DNA of 58,215 nucleotides. Source: a virus. The DNA is taken from the IMG/VR virus record IMGVR_UViG_3300009417_000001, positions 1-58,215 of that record; one strand, written 5' to 3'. A model generated the notes under the pieces. That model did not search any database. It was not told the DNA's origin and worked only from the letters and a program-made list of their open reading frames with translations. Numbering within the stretch: the first letter of the stretch is position 1; each line of letters starts with the position of its first letter. Position numbers and translations under genes: made by a program. This document shows, one piece after another, positions 8,814-18,601 of the stretch.

Positions 8814-10736
8814 TTATGTCTTCATGTAATGGTCTAATAATAATCCCTCCGCAGCAATCGGCAGCCCGGTCGCCCAGGAAGGGGTTTTGATAACTTCCTT
8901 GTGGATAGCATCATAGTACTTCTGAGCCCCTTCGAGGGGGACTTCGCAAATTAACTCGTCGTGGACCGTCCACATCAACAGGACGCCTGGGATTTTGTCC
9001 ACCCGAAACAGGGCGTCCCGCAGTACATCCCGCGCAATGGCCTGGATGACGTTCTCGCACATCAGCCCGCCGTAGAGCTTGTGGATTGAATCTCCTGGCT
9101 TTTTGCGGCGTCCTCCGTGGACTGAGTACCCCGTGTACTCCCACCCGTACTCACCCATCTTACGAGTGATGTTGATGTAGTGTAGTACCCGTCCCGAAGG
9201 GAGCACAAGCTCCAACGTCTTGTCGGGAGAGTCGTAGGCTTCTATCACTCTTTGGTGTAGTGTTTTCCAGAATCCTGTGATCAGGGGGTTCTTACGTCGG
9301 AAGTCGGCCACCACTTCGCGAGCCTTGTGCTCGGGGATAAAGATACCCATCTTCTCAAGCATCCCTTGGTACTTCGCCCAACCCACCTGGTACCCGAGAG
9401 ACAGAACCATCTGCTTGGTGATTTTATATTCATCTGGCGGGACTGTTTCTGCATACGGGGCTGGGTCTGTGTACCCGAGGTAAAGGCGAGCAAACGCCTC
9501 GTACGGGGATTGACCCAAGTGCATCAGTTCCAACATCTTTGTGTTACCTGTCATCCAGGCAAGTACGCGGGGTTCGATCTGGGAGAAGTCAATCGCAGCC
9601 AACTTCTTACCAGGAGGTGCGGCAAACACCTTCCGAATCTCATACCCCCAACGAGGTTTCGAAGTTAAGTTCTCCATGTTGAACCCCCCGACCGAAGTCC
9701 ACCTCCCTGTGTGAGCACCGTGGTAAAACTTAGAGTATGGGAATCGACCGTCTTCTCCGATGCGATTCATGACTTTGGCGAACTTATTCCAGTGGGTGTG
9801 TATCTGAGAAAACTCACTTTTAGCAATGGCCCAAGGAGCCCGTTCTCCATAATCCTCTTGCCATTTGTGCCACCGGGGGTCTTCTTTATTTTGGCTGGGT
9901 GGGATAGGTATCCCGGCCTCCTCGCAAGCGTGGGTGAATGCGTACTTACTTGCCACCCCGGCAATGACGGGTTGGCCTTTACGCGCCATCCGACCACTGG
10001 GGCAAGGTTGGCCCACCCAAGGTATCAAAGCCAAACGTTTTGCTTTTTCGGCCTCCAGGTTTTCAAGGGCCTCGGCGACATATTCCTGGTTGACCCAGAC
10101 GCCTTTCCAACCGAGACGCCGGGTCATTTGGCTAAGACGGCGTTCCGCATCATCCCAATGGTCACATAAGTCGAACCAGAACCGCAGGCAGGAAATTGTA
10201 TCTTGACGACAATACACCACGTATTCCAACCACTCATCATCGGTAAAGTCTGCCCGACGTTTACCCCTCGCTTTGCGGCGGGGGTCCTTATCCATCTCGA
10301 TACCGAACCGATGTTTGAGACAGCCTGCCAGGCTCCTTGGATACCCAGCAGATGCGGCGAGGTCGGCAGAGCATTGGAAGGTAATGTCGGCTTCCCAACC
10401 GCCCAAGTGACTGTTACGTAATATATATTCGTCGAACTCGGCGTTGTGGCAGACTACGGTCAGGCCTTCGAGCCGATCGAACAGGGCTTTGAGGTCGTCT
10501 TCATCGGGGCATTCAAGGCTGATGTCGAGGAAGCCGTATTTGGTCTGTCCGTAGACGTGTACCAGGAGTATTTCAAAATCGGGGTGGGCTTCGTAATTCA
10601 CAACTCCCAGTTCTTTGACGGAGCATTCTTTATCCCAGTAGGATTCGACGTCCGCAGATACTGTCCCGACCTGCCATATAGGCATTGTTTGGGACCCGGG
10701 ACCAGATGACATCTTCAGTGTGGTTGGGCTTGGCAT
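8814..10736 (-). CDS. family A DNA polymerase with 3'-5' exonuclease domain
   Basis: Exonuclease motifs VVCHNAEFDEYIL and YCRQDT. PolA motif A AAIDFSQIEPRVLAW, motif B KQMVLSLGYQVG, motif C WTVHDELICEV. Confidence 0.9.
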   Translation of the reverse strand: MPSPTTLKMSSGPGSQTMPIWQVGTVSADVESYWDKECSVKELGVVNYEAHPDFEILLVHVYGQTKYGFLDISLECPDEDDLKALFDRLEGLTVVCHNAEFDEYILRNSHLGGWEADITFQCSADLAASAGYPRSLAGCLKHRFGIEMDKDPRRKARGKRRADFTDDEWLEYVVYCRQDTISCLRFWFDLCDHWDDAERRLSQMTRRLGWKGVWVNQEYVAEALENLEAEKAKRLALIPWVGQPCPSGRMARKGQPVIAGVASKYAFTHACEEAGIPIPPSQNKEDPRWHKWQEDYGERAPWAIAKSEFSQIHTHWNKFAKVMNRIGEDGRFPYSKFYHGAHTGRWTSVGGFNMENLTSKPRWGYEIRKVFAAPPGKKLAAIDFSQIEPRVLAWMTGNTKMLELMHLGQSPYEAFARLYLGYTDPAPYAETVPPDEYKITKQMVLSLGYQVGWAKYQGMLEKMGIFIPEHKAREVVADFRRKNPLITGFWKTLHQRVIEAYDSPDKTLELVLPSGRVLHYINITRKMGEYGWEYTGYSVHGGRRKKPGDSIHKLYGGLMCENVIQAIARDVLRDALFRVDKIPGVLLMWTVHDELICEVPLEGAQKYYDAIHKEVIKTPSWATGLPIAAEGLLLDHYMKT

Positions 10737-10760
10737 TGTTTTTCTCTTAGTTTGTGGGCA

Positions 10761-10804
10761 ATAAAAAACCCCTTACATCGCCACGTTAAAAACGATGTAA
10801 GGGG
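10761..10804 (-). terminator. rho-independent terminator (minus strand)
   Basis: 12-bp perfect stem CCCCTTACATCG (10769..10780) pairs with CGATGTAAGGGG (10793..10804). On the minus strand it is followed by a T6 run (10763..10768). Confidence 0.75.
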
Positions 10805-10834
10805 AGCATTTCCTAGAAAGAAGAAATGTAAATT

Positions 10835-11140
10835 TTAGACGACTCGGACCTGAGTTGGGTCACCCATTTTGACTTTGATGGTCGCTCCGGGCCGAGATCC
10901 GGTGACTCCTGGGCCAGGGTCGACGTAACTGACGATTCGGGCGTAGGCAGTGCAGGTCTGTTTGCAGCGGCCCCATAAGTAAGCGCAGTGCCACTTGCCT
11001 TTGTAAAAGACTTGCATGTGTGGGGCGCTGGGTAGGAGGTAACCTTTGCATCCGCAGGAGGAGCAAGGGTCACAGGTTTTGTTGGTATAAGCGTTGAGAG
11101 GCATGGTGTTTTCCAGTTTGGATTTATATCGATTAAACAC
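10835..11140 (-). CDS. small Cys-rich protein
   Basis: The ORF contains CDPCSSCGCKGY...CAYLWGRCKQTC. The more likely start is the ATG at 11104 (MPLNAY...), which is preceded by an A-rich leader. Confidence 0.6.
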   Translation of the reverse strand: MFNRYKSKLENTMPLNAYTNKTCDPCSSCGCKGYLLPSAPHMQVFYKGKWHCAYLWGRCKQTCTAYARIVSYVDPGPGVTGSRPGATIKVKMGDPTQVRVV

Positions 11141-11176
11141 ATAATATGCCCCTCAACGGTCACTGTCAAGGGTGGT

Positions 11177-12469
11177 TTAGCCCAGGTTTAGTGAGATTGT
11201 ATCCACCGCTCCTTGGCTCAAAGTACCTGCGCCTTTTACTACGAGGGTCGAGTACATGCCTCGTTTGCCCTCTTTGATTTGGGTGGCGATCTCGAAGATG
11301 CCTGCCCAAGCAGGTAGATTTGCAGGACGTAGAGCTTGACGCTCAATGGTTTTCCAAGGAGCCACGATCTTTTTGACGTCATATCCACGGACTCGGAACT
11401 GCATCATTGCAATTTCACCGTCGTCAGTTTCCAACGTTTGAATCCACTCTGGCCACTCAAAACCTTCTGGTGGGAATACCCCGACAACAAGGTCGATGAC
11501 ATCTTGTAGGGTCCCTTGGTACGGGGCACCATCCAAATCCAGGCAGACACTTCCGTTTTCCTTGACGTATTCATGACCTCGAAGGTCAGCTTCGAGTTCG
11601 CGCTTCTCAACCACGGTTCGAGCAATACGTTTTTCCCCGACGTACGTTTTAGATTCTTCGTCGTAGGGGATGCGTTCCTCCCAGTACGTGTCGCCACGCA
11701 AGAAGCAAAGTTTCAAGAATTCGGACTTCTCGTCTTTCTTGCCCGAGTGTTCGTACAAGGTACCACACTCATCCCCCTGTAGGAAGATTAGGTCTCCGCG
11801 CCCAGCCCCAAAATCAGATTGGGTTTTACCCGATCCAGGAGCGATCAGGAGCCACGGGTGGCTTTCCCGGATGTCTTCTGCCAGTTCGCCTTGTAGCCCC
11901 CCGATGGAGCCGCGAGGGTCCCCGGTTGCCGTGCGACGGGCGACCTCGTTGGCCATTTCATCTGCGACTTGGTGAGTTGTTTTCACAACTTTGGTTTCTG
12001 TCTTTTCGACTGCTTTGGTCTCAACGTCAGATTCTGGTTCTGGATCAGATCCAGTTTCGACTGGTTGGTTGCCTGGAAAACGTGGGTCATTGGGGTCGAT
12101 GGAAAGGATCTCGTCTTCGTCAGTAAGCTCGAAGTCAAAAACCCCGTCTCCGATTTTGGTCCCTTCGCGGATAGTCGATACAGATCCGACGATCTCGCCG
12201 TCATCTGGGTTGTGATACCAGAAGGACCCCCCGACATCAGGTACCTGTTGGATCACCATATCGGGCTTAACGACAATCGGTTTCTTAGTGTTGTCCCGGA
12301 GGACTTTGTAATTGGTGTCGGTCACTGCGGTGACCTTGCCCACGGATTTCTTGTCTTTGTACTCGATGAAGAGTAGGTCGCCCTCTTGGAAAAGGAGTTC
12401 GACTTTGGAGGTGTCTTCCTTTTGAGAGGTTTCATTTTTAGGCGGTGTTAATGTGCTACGTTTTGGCAT
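11177..12469 (-). CDS. hypothetical protein (replication/recombination module)
   Basis: 430-aa ORF with an acidic central region. It has a non-canonical P-loop-like APGSGKT. No function is assigned. Confidence 0.8.
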   Translation of the reverse strand: MPKRSTLTPPKNETSQKEDTSKVELLFQEGDLLFIEYKDKKSVGKVTAVTDTNYKVLRDNTKKPIVVKPDMVIQQVPDVGGSFWYHNPDDGEIVGSVSTIREGTKIGDGVFDFELTDEDEILSIDPNDPRFPGNQPVETGSDPEPESDVETKAVEKTETKVVKTTHQVADEMANEVARRTATGDPRGSIGGLQGELAEDIRESHPWLLIAPGSGKTQSDFGAGRGDLIFLQGDECGTLYEHSGKKDEKSEFLKLCFLRGDTYWEERIPYDEESKTYVGEKRIARTVVEKRELEADLRGHEYVKENGSVCLDLDGAPYQGTLQDVIDLVVGVFPPEGFEWPEWIQTLETDDGEIAMMQFRVRGYDVKKIVAPWKTIERQALRPANLPAWAGIFEIATQIKEGKRGMYSTLVVKGAGTLSQGAVDTISLNLG

Positions 12470-12502
12470 GTGTTATCCTTATTAAGGTTTTATTTAGTTA
12501 GG

Positions 12503-13660
12503 TTAAATTTTTTCTTTGTTGCGTCGGATGTACGCCGAAGATTCATTCTGTCGGGTAATGTCGGAAGCCAGGTCGTTGAAGTTTTCCAGGGCCTGCTTAC
12601 GTGCATCTTTATCCGTAATTACTCCTTCGATGTAATTCTCCAACTTGGACACGTTTACGGTGGCCAACCCCTCTAGACGGATCATGTCGAGGTGGTGGTC
12701 TTCACCCGTTGCTTCTTCGATGGCTCGCTCCATGTGCGAGAAGGCCATACTCAGGTCGGTTATGGTGCGTGTCCCCTTGCGGTGGGCTAGTACGTGACCC
12801 GGCAGTGGGAGGTTCTCCTTGACTACGATTCGGTGCGTCAGTGCCTTAACCTTGTCCAGAGATTTTGCGACGAAGGTTAGGGTCTCTCGGAGCCGGGCAA
12901 TCTCCCGCAGATCTCCATTTTCCAAACGTTTGATATCTAGGTCTTCTTGGGCGGTGAAACCCATCACTTTCGAAATGTCGTTCACCTTCTCGACGTGAGC
13001 CGGGCAAATAGGTTGCCGACCACACCAATCGCAGGCAGTGCCGGGATTTAAGCGGCTTAGATAATCCTCACACCGCACGGAGATCCGAGCTAGATCCGTC
13101 ATGATGGTTTCCATGTCGGCCAGACTCATGTCGTGGACCTGGTCGATTTCGAGTCGGGGGTACACTACGTGAAGTTGAACCGGCAATTGGTAAAGGAGCC
13201 ACGAGGCAGCCCCGTACGCTAGTTGCTGTTTGTTTTTTCCAGGTTCGTCCTGCATGGATCGACCAAATTTCCAGTCAACAATGATGACTTGGTCCTTGGT
13301 GCGGATGAGCACGTCGATGAAGCCCTTTTTTGGGTTTCCTTTTTCGTCCTTACAAAAGGGGATTGCGATCGCCCGTTCAAATTCTACTTTGGCTCCGGGG
13401 TACTGCCCCAACAGTCGGTCCCTGTAATCCATTGCGTATTGGACTAGCTTCTCGTGATCCTTTGAGAGCCCTGCGAGCGTATCGTTCTCGACACATTCGT
13501 GGAGCATGGTGCCTTCTTCGGCGGCAGGTTTATCGACCCATCGGGGTTCAGAAATATATCCCGGGCAGGTGGCCATCGACGACAGTCGGGAGGGGCTCAT
13601 GGTGGGCCGTTTCAGTAAGTCAGAGACGGACTTCGAACGGAATTTGGTTGGTTTTGGCAC
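12503..13660 (-). CDS. PD-(D/E)XK nuclease, Cas4/RecB-like with a Cys cluster
   Basis: Core GFIDVLIRTKDQVIIVDWKFGR. An N-terminal Cys (MATCPGY) plus C-terminal CDWCGRQPICPAH gives a four-Cys pattern. The GTG at 13660 overlaps the upstream gene by 41 nt, so the ATG at 13600 is an equally plausible start. Confidence 0.75.
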   Translation of the reverse strand: MPKPTKFRSKSVSDLLKRPTMSPSRLSSMATCPGYISEPRWVDKPAAEEGTMLHECVENDTLAGLSKDHEKLVQYAMDYRDRLLGQYPGAKVEFERAIAIPFCKDEKGNPKKGFIDVLIRTKDQVIIVDWKFGRSMQDEPGKNKQQLAYGAASWLLYQLPVQLHVVYPRLEIDQVHDMSLADMETIMTDLARISVRCEDYLSRLNPGTACDWCGRQPICPAHVEKVNDISKVMGFTAQEDLDIKRLENGDLREIARLRETLTFVAKSLDKVKALTHRIVVKENLPLPGHVLAHRKGTRTITDLSMAFSHMERAIEEATGEDHHLDMIRLEGLATVNVSKLENYIEGVITDKDARKQALENFNDLASDITRQNESSAYIRRNKEKI

Positions 13661-14207
13661 TCGTTAATATCCTTTCTAGGGAGAGGTATAATGCATATGC
13701 ATCTGCCGATCGCAACCCCAAAGACCCATCTTTTAGCTGTTTTTTCACAATCTTTAGGACATCATCTTTACGGCTTGACTTTTGCCTATTTCGGAAGGTG
13801 GGGCTAAAGAGGTCTTCGGTGCCTACGTCGGCGTCGCCAAATGCATTATAAAATACTTTCTGCCAACTCTGTGGAGCGATCCACCAAACGGTGGGGACTG
13901 CCAGTAGCTCTTGCTCCAGGGCTCCCCGATGCTGGCAGAAAGTCGTGGCTGCCTTCAGACCGTCGCCGGGCAGGACCTTCCCCACATCCTCGACAAAAGC
14001 GAGGCCGACGTCGAGGCCTTCGATCCAGGATCGCATGTCGGCGTGGTCTGGGAGTGGACCTTCGCTCAGGATGTTGAACTGGCAGTCGCACTGAACATAC
14101 CACCCCGACTCGCTTCCAGGATCGATCACCAAAACTGTCCGGTCGGGGTGCATCCCCCAACTCTCCAAAATCCGATCCCGATCATACGATTTTTTAGATA
14201 TTTTCAT
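13620..14207 (-). CDS. RuvC-like Holliday-junction resolvase (putative)
   Basis: VLVIDPGSESGWYV is an N-terminal catalytic-Asp strand. There is an ATGA overlap with the upstream gene. Confidence 0.5.
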   Translation of the reverse strand: MKISKKSYDRDRILESWGMHPDRTVLVIDPGSESGWYVQCDCQFNILSEGPLPDHADMRSWIEGLDVGLAFVEDVGKVLPGDGLKAATTFCQHRGALEQELLAVPTVWWIAPQSWQKVFYNAFGDADVGTEDLFSPTFRNRQKSSRKDDVLKIVKKQLKDGSLGLRSADAYALYLSLERILTSAKTNQIPFEVRL

Positions 14208-14440
14208 CGCAACCCATTCAACGCTCCCGGGTTTCGGCGGTACCTGTAGGAGGGTCGAACGTAGCCGCCGAACTGACGGCGAGTGACTAACCCCATGCGT
14301 ACCAACATAATTAAATCGTCGCTGTGGGTACTTCCATAAAAACCCCCAACGTCCATCGGACGCAGGTATTTTTTATCACTCAAACACATTAGGATTTCCA
14401 GCCTACGTTCGTGGATGTCTTGGCTCTTGGCGAGCATCAT
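14204..14440 (-). CDS. small hypothetical protein (possible winged-helix)
   Basis: 78-aa ORF with start/stop overlaps on both sides. Confidence 0.6.
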   Translation of the reverse strand: MMLAKSQDIHERRLEILMCLSDKKYLRPMDVGGFYGSTHSDDLIMLVRMGLVTRRQFGGYVRPSYRYRRNPGALNGLR

Positions 14441-14790
14441 GCCTCGACCTCGACCTCGACCTCGACCAGTTTCATGATGACTTCTTTTTCATCGATCAGG
14501 TAATACCGGGCGTAGTCGATCTGGATGTTGACCAGATTGAATTGGTTTGTTGCGACGACCAAATCTCCAATTTCAATGTTGTCTGATACATCTGGCCCCA
14601 CATCGACAACTCGCGCCCACTCTCCTGACTGAGCTTGTGTCGAGACTGTTTCTGGGATGTAGATGTCCCCCACCTTCTCCTCCTCGGCTTTATAGTTGAC
14701 TGGGGTGGCCAATACTCGGGTGCCTAGCGGGGCCGGGATTCGTTTGATGCCTTTCGGGGCTTTTTGCTTTGTGAATCTGTCTTTACTCAT
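14437..14790 (-). CDS. GroES/Gp31-like co-chaperonin (putative)
   Basis: 117 aa. The pattern IPAPLGTRVLATPV...GDIYIPETV...GEWARVVDVGPDV...IGDLVVA is GroES-like. The C-terminal (VE)4 is encoded by (CCTCGA)4 at 14442..14465. Confidence 0.5.
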   Translation of the reverse strand: MSKDRFTKQKAPKGIKRIPAPLGTRVLATPVNYKAEEEKVGDIYIPETVSTQAQSGEWARVVDVGPDVSDNIEIGDLVVATNQFNLVNIQIDYARYYLIDEKEVIMKLVEVEVEVEA

Positions 14791-16099
14791 GATCTTCTCC
14801 GTACTGTAGGTCGCCGTCGTTAAGGCAATCTAGGTTTTTTAGCTTACTGGTTACGTTGTTATAAACTTCTTCTTCGAGGGTCCCGGCCAGGTAGCAAATG
14901 TATTGAAGTGACTTCGTCGCCGAGTCGGCCCGGTGGACCCGCCCCAAAACCTGCTTCAACTCTGTGGAACTGTACATGGGGGATATCAAAGATACTCGGG
15001 GGTACTTCCCGACCCGGTCTTGCAGGTTGACTGCGATGCCCCCGGCCTGGACCATGCAGATACAGACTCGGGCCTCGTCTCGGGCGAACCGGGTTAAAGC
15101 GTCCCCGCGTTGCACGTCGGTTTGGTCGCCGTGTATCGTGCAAATAGGGATCTTGGCGACCAAAAGCTTTTCGACCAGCCACTGAAGGCTGGCGCGGAAG
15201 TTGACGAACATGACAACACTGTGTCCCCCAGTCACATACTCTTGAGTCCAAGCCAACATTGGCTTGATCCGAGCTAATTCAAGAACCTGTCTTTGGTACC
15301 CGTAGACTTCCAAATCTCCCGCCCCCGAAGAAACAGATATAGACAACTTCTTTCGGAGTAGTTTGTTTTCTTCTAGGACTTTATTTAAATCCCGCACCCC
15401 ATTAGTGTGCAGTAGTTTGCCCTCGATCACCGTCTCGGGGAAACCCGCAATGTCTTCCTTTCGGAGCCTGGACCCCCACGTTGGGAAAATCTGCTGGTGC
15501 AGTTGGTTCATGTGGTGGCGTTGATCTTCGATGTCAGACGTCCACTCGAAAGCAAATCGGTTGAAGTACGATACGTGGCACCCGTAGGTGATGGCAAATC
15601 GGTCCCAGTGTTTCCGCGCAAACAACCCCAGGAAGGGGCCAAGTGACCTCAGTTTGAGTGGATTATCGGCTAGTGTGGCTGAGAGTAGAATGGCGGCAAA
15701 GTCCTGCTGCAGCGCGTGGCGAACCAGGTGGGATGTCAGGGACTTGTATTGTGCCGTCTTGTGCACTTCGTCGAATATGAGCACTGCGTGATCCGGTATA
15801 TCCCATTTGAAGGCCTTCTTACCCCGCTTCTTTACCCAGGTTGTCTTGCCCCCACGCATCTTTGCGTAGGACTCGATAAACACGGGCTCCAACCCCATCT
15901 TCTCGCAGTGATCTGCCCAACCATGTTTGGCCACTGCGGGGCATACGATGGCCGGGGAATACCCGAGGCGGCGAACCAATTCCAAAGAACAAAACGTTTT
16001 GCCGACCCCGGTCGAACTTGCGTCCAACACAATGCCTTTGTCGAGAAACACTTCCATCATGTGTTGGATGTGGGGTTCTTGATAGTCAAAAGGCTTCAC
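14783..16099 (-). CDS. SF2 (SNF2/DEAD-like) helicase
   Basis: Motif I ASSTGVGKTFCS, II LIFDEVHKT, III LLSATL, VI QVLGRVHRADS. GTG start. Confidence 0.85.
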   Translation of the reverse strand: MKPFDYQEPHIQHMMEVFLDKGIVLDASSTGVGKTFCSLELVRRLGYSPAIVCPAVAKHGWADHCEKMGLEPVFIESYAKMRGGKTTWVKKRGKKAFKWDIPDHAVLIFDEVHKTAQYKSLTSHLVRHALQQDFAAILLSATLADNPLKLRSLGPFLGLFARKHWDRFAITYGCHVSYFNRFAFEWTSDIEDQRHHMNQLHQQIFPTWGSRLRKEDIAGFPETVIEGKLLHTNGVRDLNKVLEENKLLRKKLSISVSSGAGDLEVYGYQRQVLELARIKPMLAWTQEYVTGGHSVVMFVNFRASLQWLVEKLLVAKIPICTIHGDQTDVQRGDALTRFARDEARVCICMVQAGGIAVNLQDRVGKYPRVSLISPMYSSTELKQVLGRVHRADSATKSLQYICYLAGTLEEEVYNNVTSKLKNLDCLNDGDLQYGEDHE

Positions 16100-16599
16100 T
16101 GTGCGAGGAACCCGAAGTTGATAGTTACTTTACCTTTGTCCGACGACTTGGGGTCAATGAACTTATCGGTGCCGAGTAGTTTGTCCTTCCTAGATTCGAT
16201 CTTGTCTTCTGCGGTGGCTAGCTTCAGCAGCGCGTCGGCCCCCTCAGCGTATATTGGGTCACCGTCTAGGGTGTACCTACCTGTGGGCAGAGTCCCCTTT
16301 CTGAACTCTTCTTTGGCGTGGTCGATTAACTCACTAGTTCGAGTGGCACGGTTGAAAGACGACTCAACGTGTGCTTCGACGTTGTCGAGTTGCCCCTCCA
16401 AGATGTTAGTCTGAACCGCAGCAACCCGCTGCTTCTGCATCTCTCGTTTTGAGGCCCACCCCAACTCGCTCTTCCAATTCCATAGAGTCTTGACGGGGAC
16501 CTCTGTCAGTTGTGAAATCTGGGGCATGGTGTAGGTACCAGTATCCCAAAGGTTTTTGGCAATGCGGACGTTGGGATTTTCGATTCTTTTCATTTTCAA
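16096..16599 (-). CDS. HTH DNA-binding protein, small-terminase (Terminase_5)-like
   Basis: The N-terminal pattern TMPQISQLTEVPVKTLWNWKSELGW is HTH-like. The track start is TTG at 16599; the ATG at 16593 is more likely. Confidence 0.4.
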   Translation of the reverse strand: MKMKRIENPNVRIAKNLWDTGTYTMPQISQLTEVPVKTLWNWKSELGWASKREMQKQRVAAVQTNILEGQLDNVEAHVESSFNRATRTSELIDHAKEEFRKGTLPTGRYTLDGDPIYAEGADALLKLATAEDKIESRKDKLLGTDKFIDPKSSDKGKVTINFGFLAQ

Positions 16600-17159
16600 A
16601 CGTTTTTATGAGTGGATTCTCTTTTGTACCCGATGCGTTTCTCGATGCGGTCAATCCGATCGATTTTCTCTTCACTCATTTCACTGAGGTACTTGGCTTC
16701 CCGGAGGCCTTCTAGATTTCGACTGACCCGGTAGTTACTGATCCCAAGTTTCCGGGCGATCCCGGCCTGAGTCATCCCGGACGCATAGAGGTTCACGATC
16801 TTCCGGTGCATCTCTAGCTTGTCGGGGTCTACAGCGGGTTGCACCTTTATCTCGTGCCTTTTAGGTACATCTGGGTTGGTCTCGTCGCCCCAAACCTCGT
16901 AGGTGCGTGCGATGTGCCACATGTGTTGATCTCGGGACCCTTCCTTCCTAAGAATTACTGGGCGTCGCAAGAAATAATATAACTTGGGTTTCCCGGGGGC
17001 TGCCCCTCGGGTCTGTAATTCGCTGGGTGCGGTTGCCATCGACATCCGCTTACCTTGGACGACAAAGTACGTGGCGGCTCGGCGAACCACCCCATCTCGG
17101 TTGACTTCGAAGATGCCGTCCCACTCGGGGACGCACCTCCATTCGGTTAGTTGGGGCAT
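16596..17159 (-). CDS. NUMOD4-like plus HTH DNA-binding protein
   Basis: EWRCVPEWDGIFEVNRDGVVRR is NUMOD4-like. The C-terminal HTH is MTQAGIARKLGISNYRVSRNL. No HNH catalytic motif was seen. Confidence 0.5.
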   Translation of the reverse strand: MPQLTEWRCVPEWDGIFEVNRDGVVRRAATYFVVQGKRMSMATAPSELQTRGAAPGKPKLYYFLRRPVILRKEGSRDQHMWHIARTYEVWGDETNPDVPKRHEIKVQPAVDPDKLEMHRKIVNLYASGMTQAGIARKLGISNYRVSRNLEGLREAKYLSEMSEEKIDRIDRIEKRIGYKRESTHKNV

Positions 17160-17755
17160 GTATCTCCCTCAAAAAAGGATTCAATGAGTTCGCAAATCAA
17201 CCCCGCACTGGGGTTAAATTTTGGATCTTCTGGAGTAGACCCCTCGGCTCGACGTACGTGGTGCTTGAATAGGCTCGGGTGGAGGCCTGTTTCAGATATG
17301 TGGTCAGCTTCCGGCCCTTTCAAGACGGCCGGGTGGTCTAGAAAAATCGTGAATGTTTTGGCCCCTTCGATGGCCTCCACTCGGAGGAGTTCATTCATGT
17401 ACCTGAGATCCGTCACCCAGATGTACACGGGTTGATCGTCCCCCGCAGTATACCTCCGGTGTAGTTCTAGATCTGTTTGGACGTCGCCCCACCAAGTGTT
17501 TATCCAGCGGTCTTCGTCGTAGCTGCGGCCCAAGGACCCCAAATCCTGCATCTCTTTCCGAAAATTAATTTTGTGGGCTTCTAAATCGTCGAGGCCTATG
17601 TTGTGTATCAAGCATATTGCCGCTTTGATTCGGTCCGCGAAGTTCACCTGGTGGTGGTACCCCGGGAGTTTACTTTTTACCGACTTCATCAAAGTGTCTT
17701 TCCCCGTCTCTGCAGGGGCGTGTATTGCTATAAATCGTATTTTATTCATTTTCAT
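17147..17755 (-). CDS. deoxynucleoside monophosphate kinase (T4 gp1-like)
   Basis: P-loop HAPAETGKDTL, then FADRIKAAI, RKEMQDLG and VTDLRYMNE. Confidence 0.55.
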   Translation of the reverse strand: MKMNKIRFIAIHAPAETGKDTLMKSVKSKLPGYHHQVNFADRIKAAICLIHNIGLDDLEAHKINFRKEMQDLGSLGRSYDEDRWINTWWGDVQTDLELHRRYTAGDDQPVYIWVTDLRYMNELLRVEAIEGAKTFTIFLDHPAVLKGPEADHISETGLHPSLFKHHVRRAEGSTPEDPKFNPSAGLICELIESFFEGDTCPN

Positions 17756-18041
17756 TTACATTTCTTTTCATCTTCCCTGCATCCCACATTCGGCAGTAGG
17801 ACTCACACTCGGAAATATTCCTGTGGGTAAAGACGATTATCTCTTCGCCCGGGACCTTCTCGTAATACACTTCCCACTCTGGCCCACACCTGCGTACGTA
17901 GTGCTCAAACAACTGGTTCAACATGTGGGTGTGGTGTCCCCTATCCTCGACGAGCCCCGGCATGTTTTCCTGTCGGGCATTGCCAAAACTCCTAAGCACT
18001 GCCTCAGGACGGTAGTCACTCCCTTTGTAAGCCTTACCCAC
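17742..18041 (-). CDS. hypothetical protein
   Basis: 99-aa ORF with a GTG start that overlaps the upstream stop. Confidence 0.6.
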   Translation of the reverse strand: MGKAYKGSDYRPEAVLRSFGNARQENMPGLVEDRGHHTHMLNQLFEHYVRRCGPEWEVYYEKVPGEEIIVFTHRNISECESYCRMWDAGKMKRNVNENE

Positions 18042-18601
18042 TAATCTACCCTCGTTCCACCGTCGCCAATATCGTAGGTCTCTCCGGTCTCCGAGGAGAC
18101 AGTGATGTTTTGCCCATATGCGGTGCCTGGGGCCGAAAAGCGAAACGTCGGCCTGTCGCCGTTGGTTCGCCCGACGTAGTTGCCTTGCTCACTGCCTCCA
18201 GAGTACTCGATGCCGACTGACGTGGTTGACGAGTAACTAGGGATCAAGATCACCAGGTTGCCGTCTCCCTCGGAAATAGGCTTCCACACAAACCCAGAGC
18301 CATGGGTTGGGTTATCCGCCAAGGAGGGCGAATGAGGGTCGGAGGTAACCCCCTCATCTTGGGCTACTGGGATTTGTGTGGAAGTTAAAAGGGCCTGAGT
18401 CTGGTCGCCTTCTTGACCAGTTTCCAGAGTGTTATTTTCGATGGCGACGGTGGCGCGATCAACTGCGTCAACAATCTGCTGCGTACCACCTCCATCACCG
18501 TCGTCTTGTAAAGTCAAACGTTTGAAATATTCTTCACCTTCGCATCCGGTTAAGAGGGCGAGGATCGGCAGGAGGGCCGTTCGGGAAATGAAAGTTTTCA
18601 T
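18041..18601 (-). CDS. lipoprotein (lipobox LLTGC)
   Basis: The internal ATG at 18601 gives MKTFISRTALLPILALLTGCEGE, a signal peptide plus lipobox. There is an ATGA overlap with the upstream gene. The track ORF extends to 18706. Confidence 0.65.
   Translation of the reverse strand: MKTFISRTALLPILALLTGCEGEEYFKRLTLQDDGDGGGTQQIVDAVDRATVAIENNTLETGQEGDQTQALLTSTQIPVAQDEGVTSDPHSPSLADNPTHGSGFVWKPISEGDGNLVILIPSYSSTTSVGIEYSGGSEQGNYVGRTNGDRPTFRFSAPGTAYGQNITVSSETGETYDIGDGGTRVD

Noticed and set aside
11177-12469. APGSGKT in the 430-aa protein as a Walker A ATPase (RecA/UvsX-like).
   Set aside because: The spacing does not fit [AG]x4GK[ST], and I could not find a matching Walker B or other recombinase motifs. 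It stays hypothetical.
15716-16414. A 232-aa plus-strand ORF antisense to the SF2 helicase and the HTH gene. Similar antisense ORFs occur at 20149..20856, 41516..42211 and 46044..46709.
   Set aside because: Each is antisense to a gene with clear motifs or operon-consistent overlaps. Their products are compositionally odd. They are shadow ORFs.
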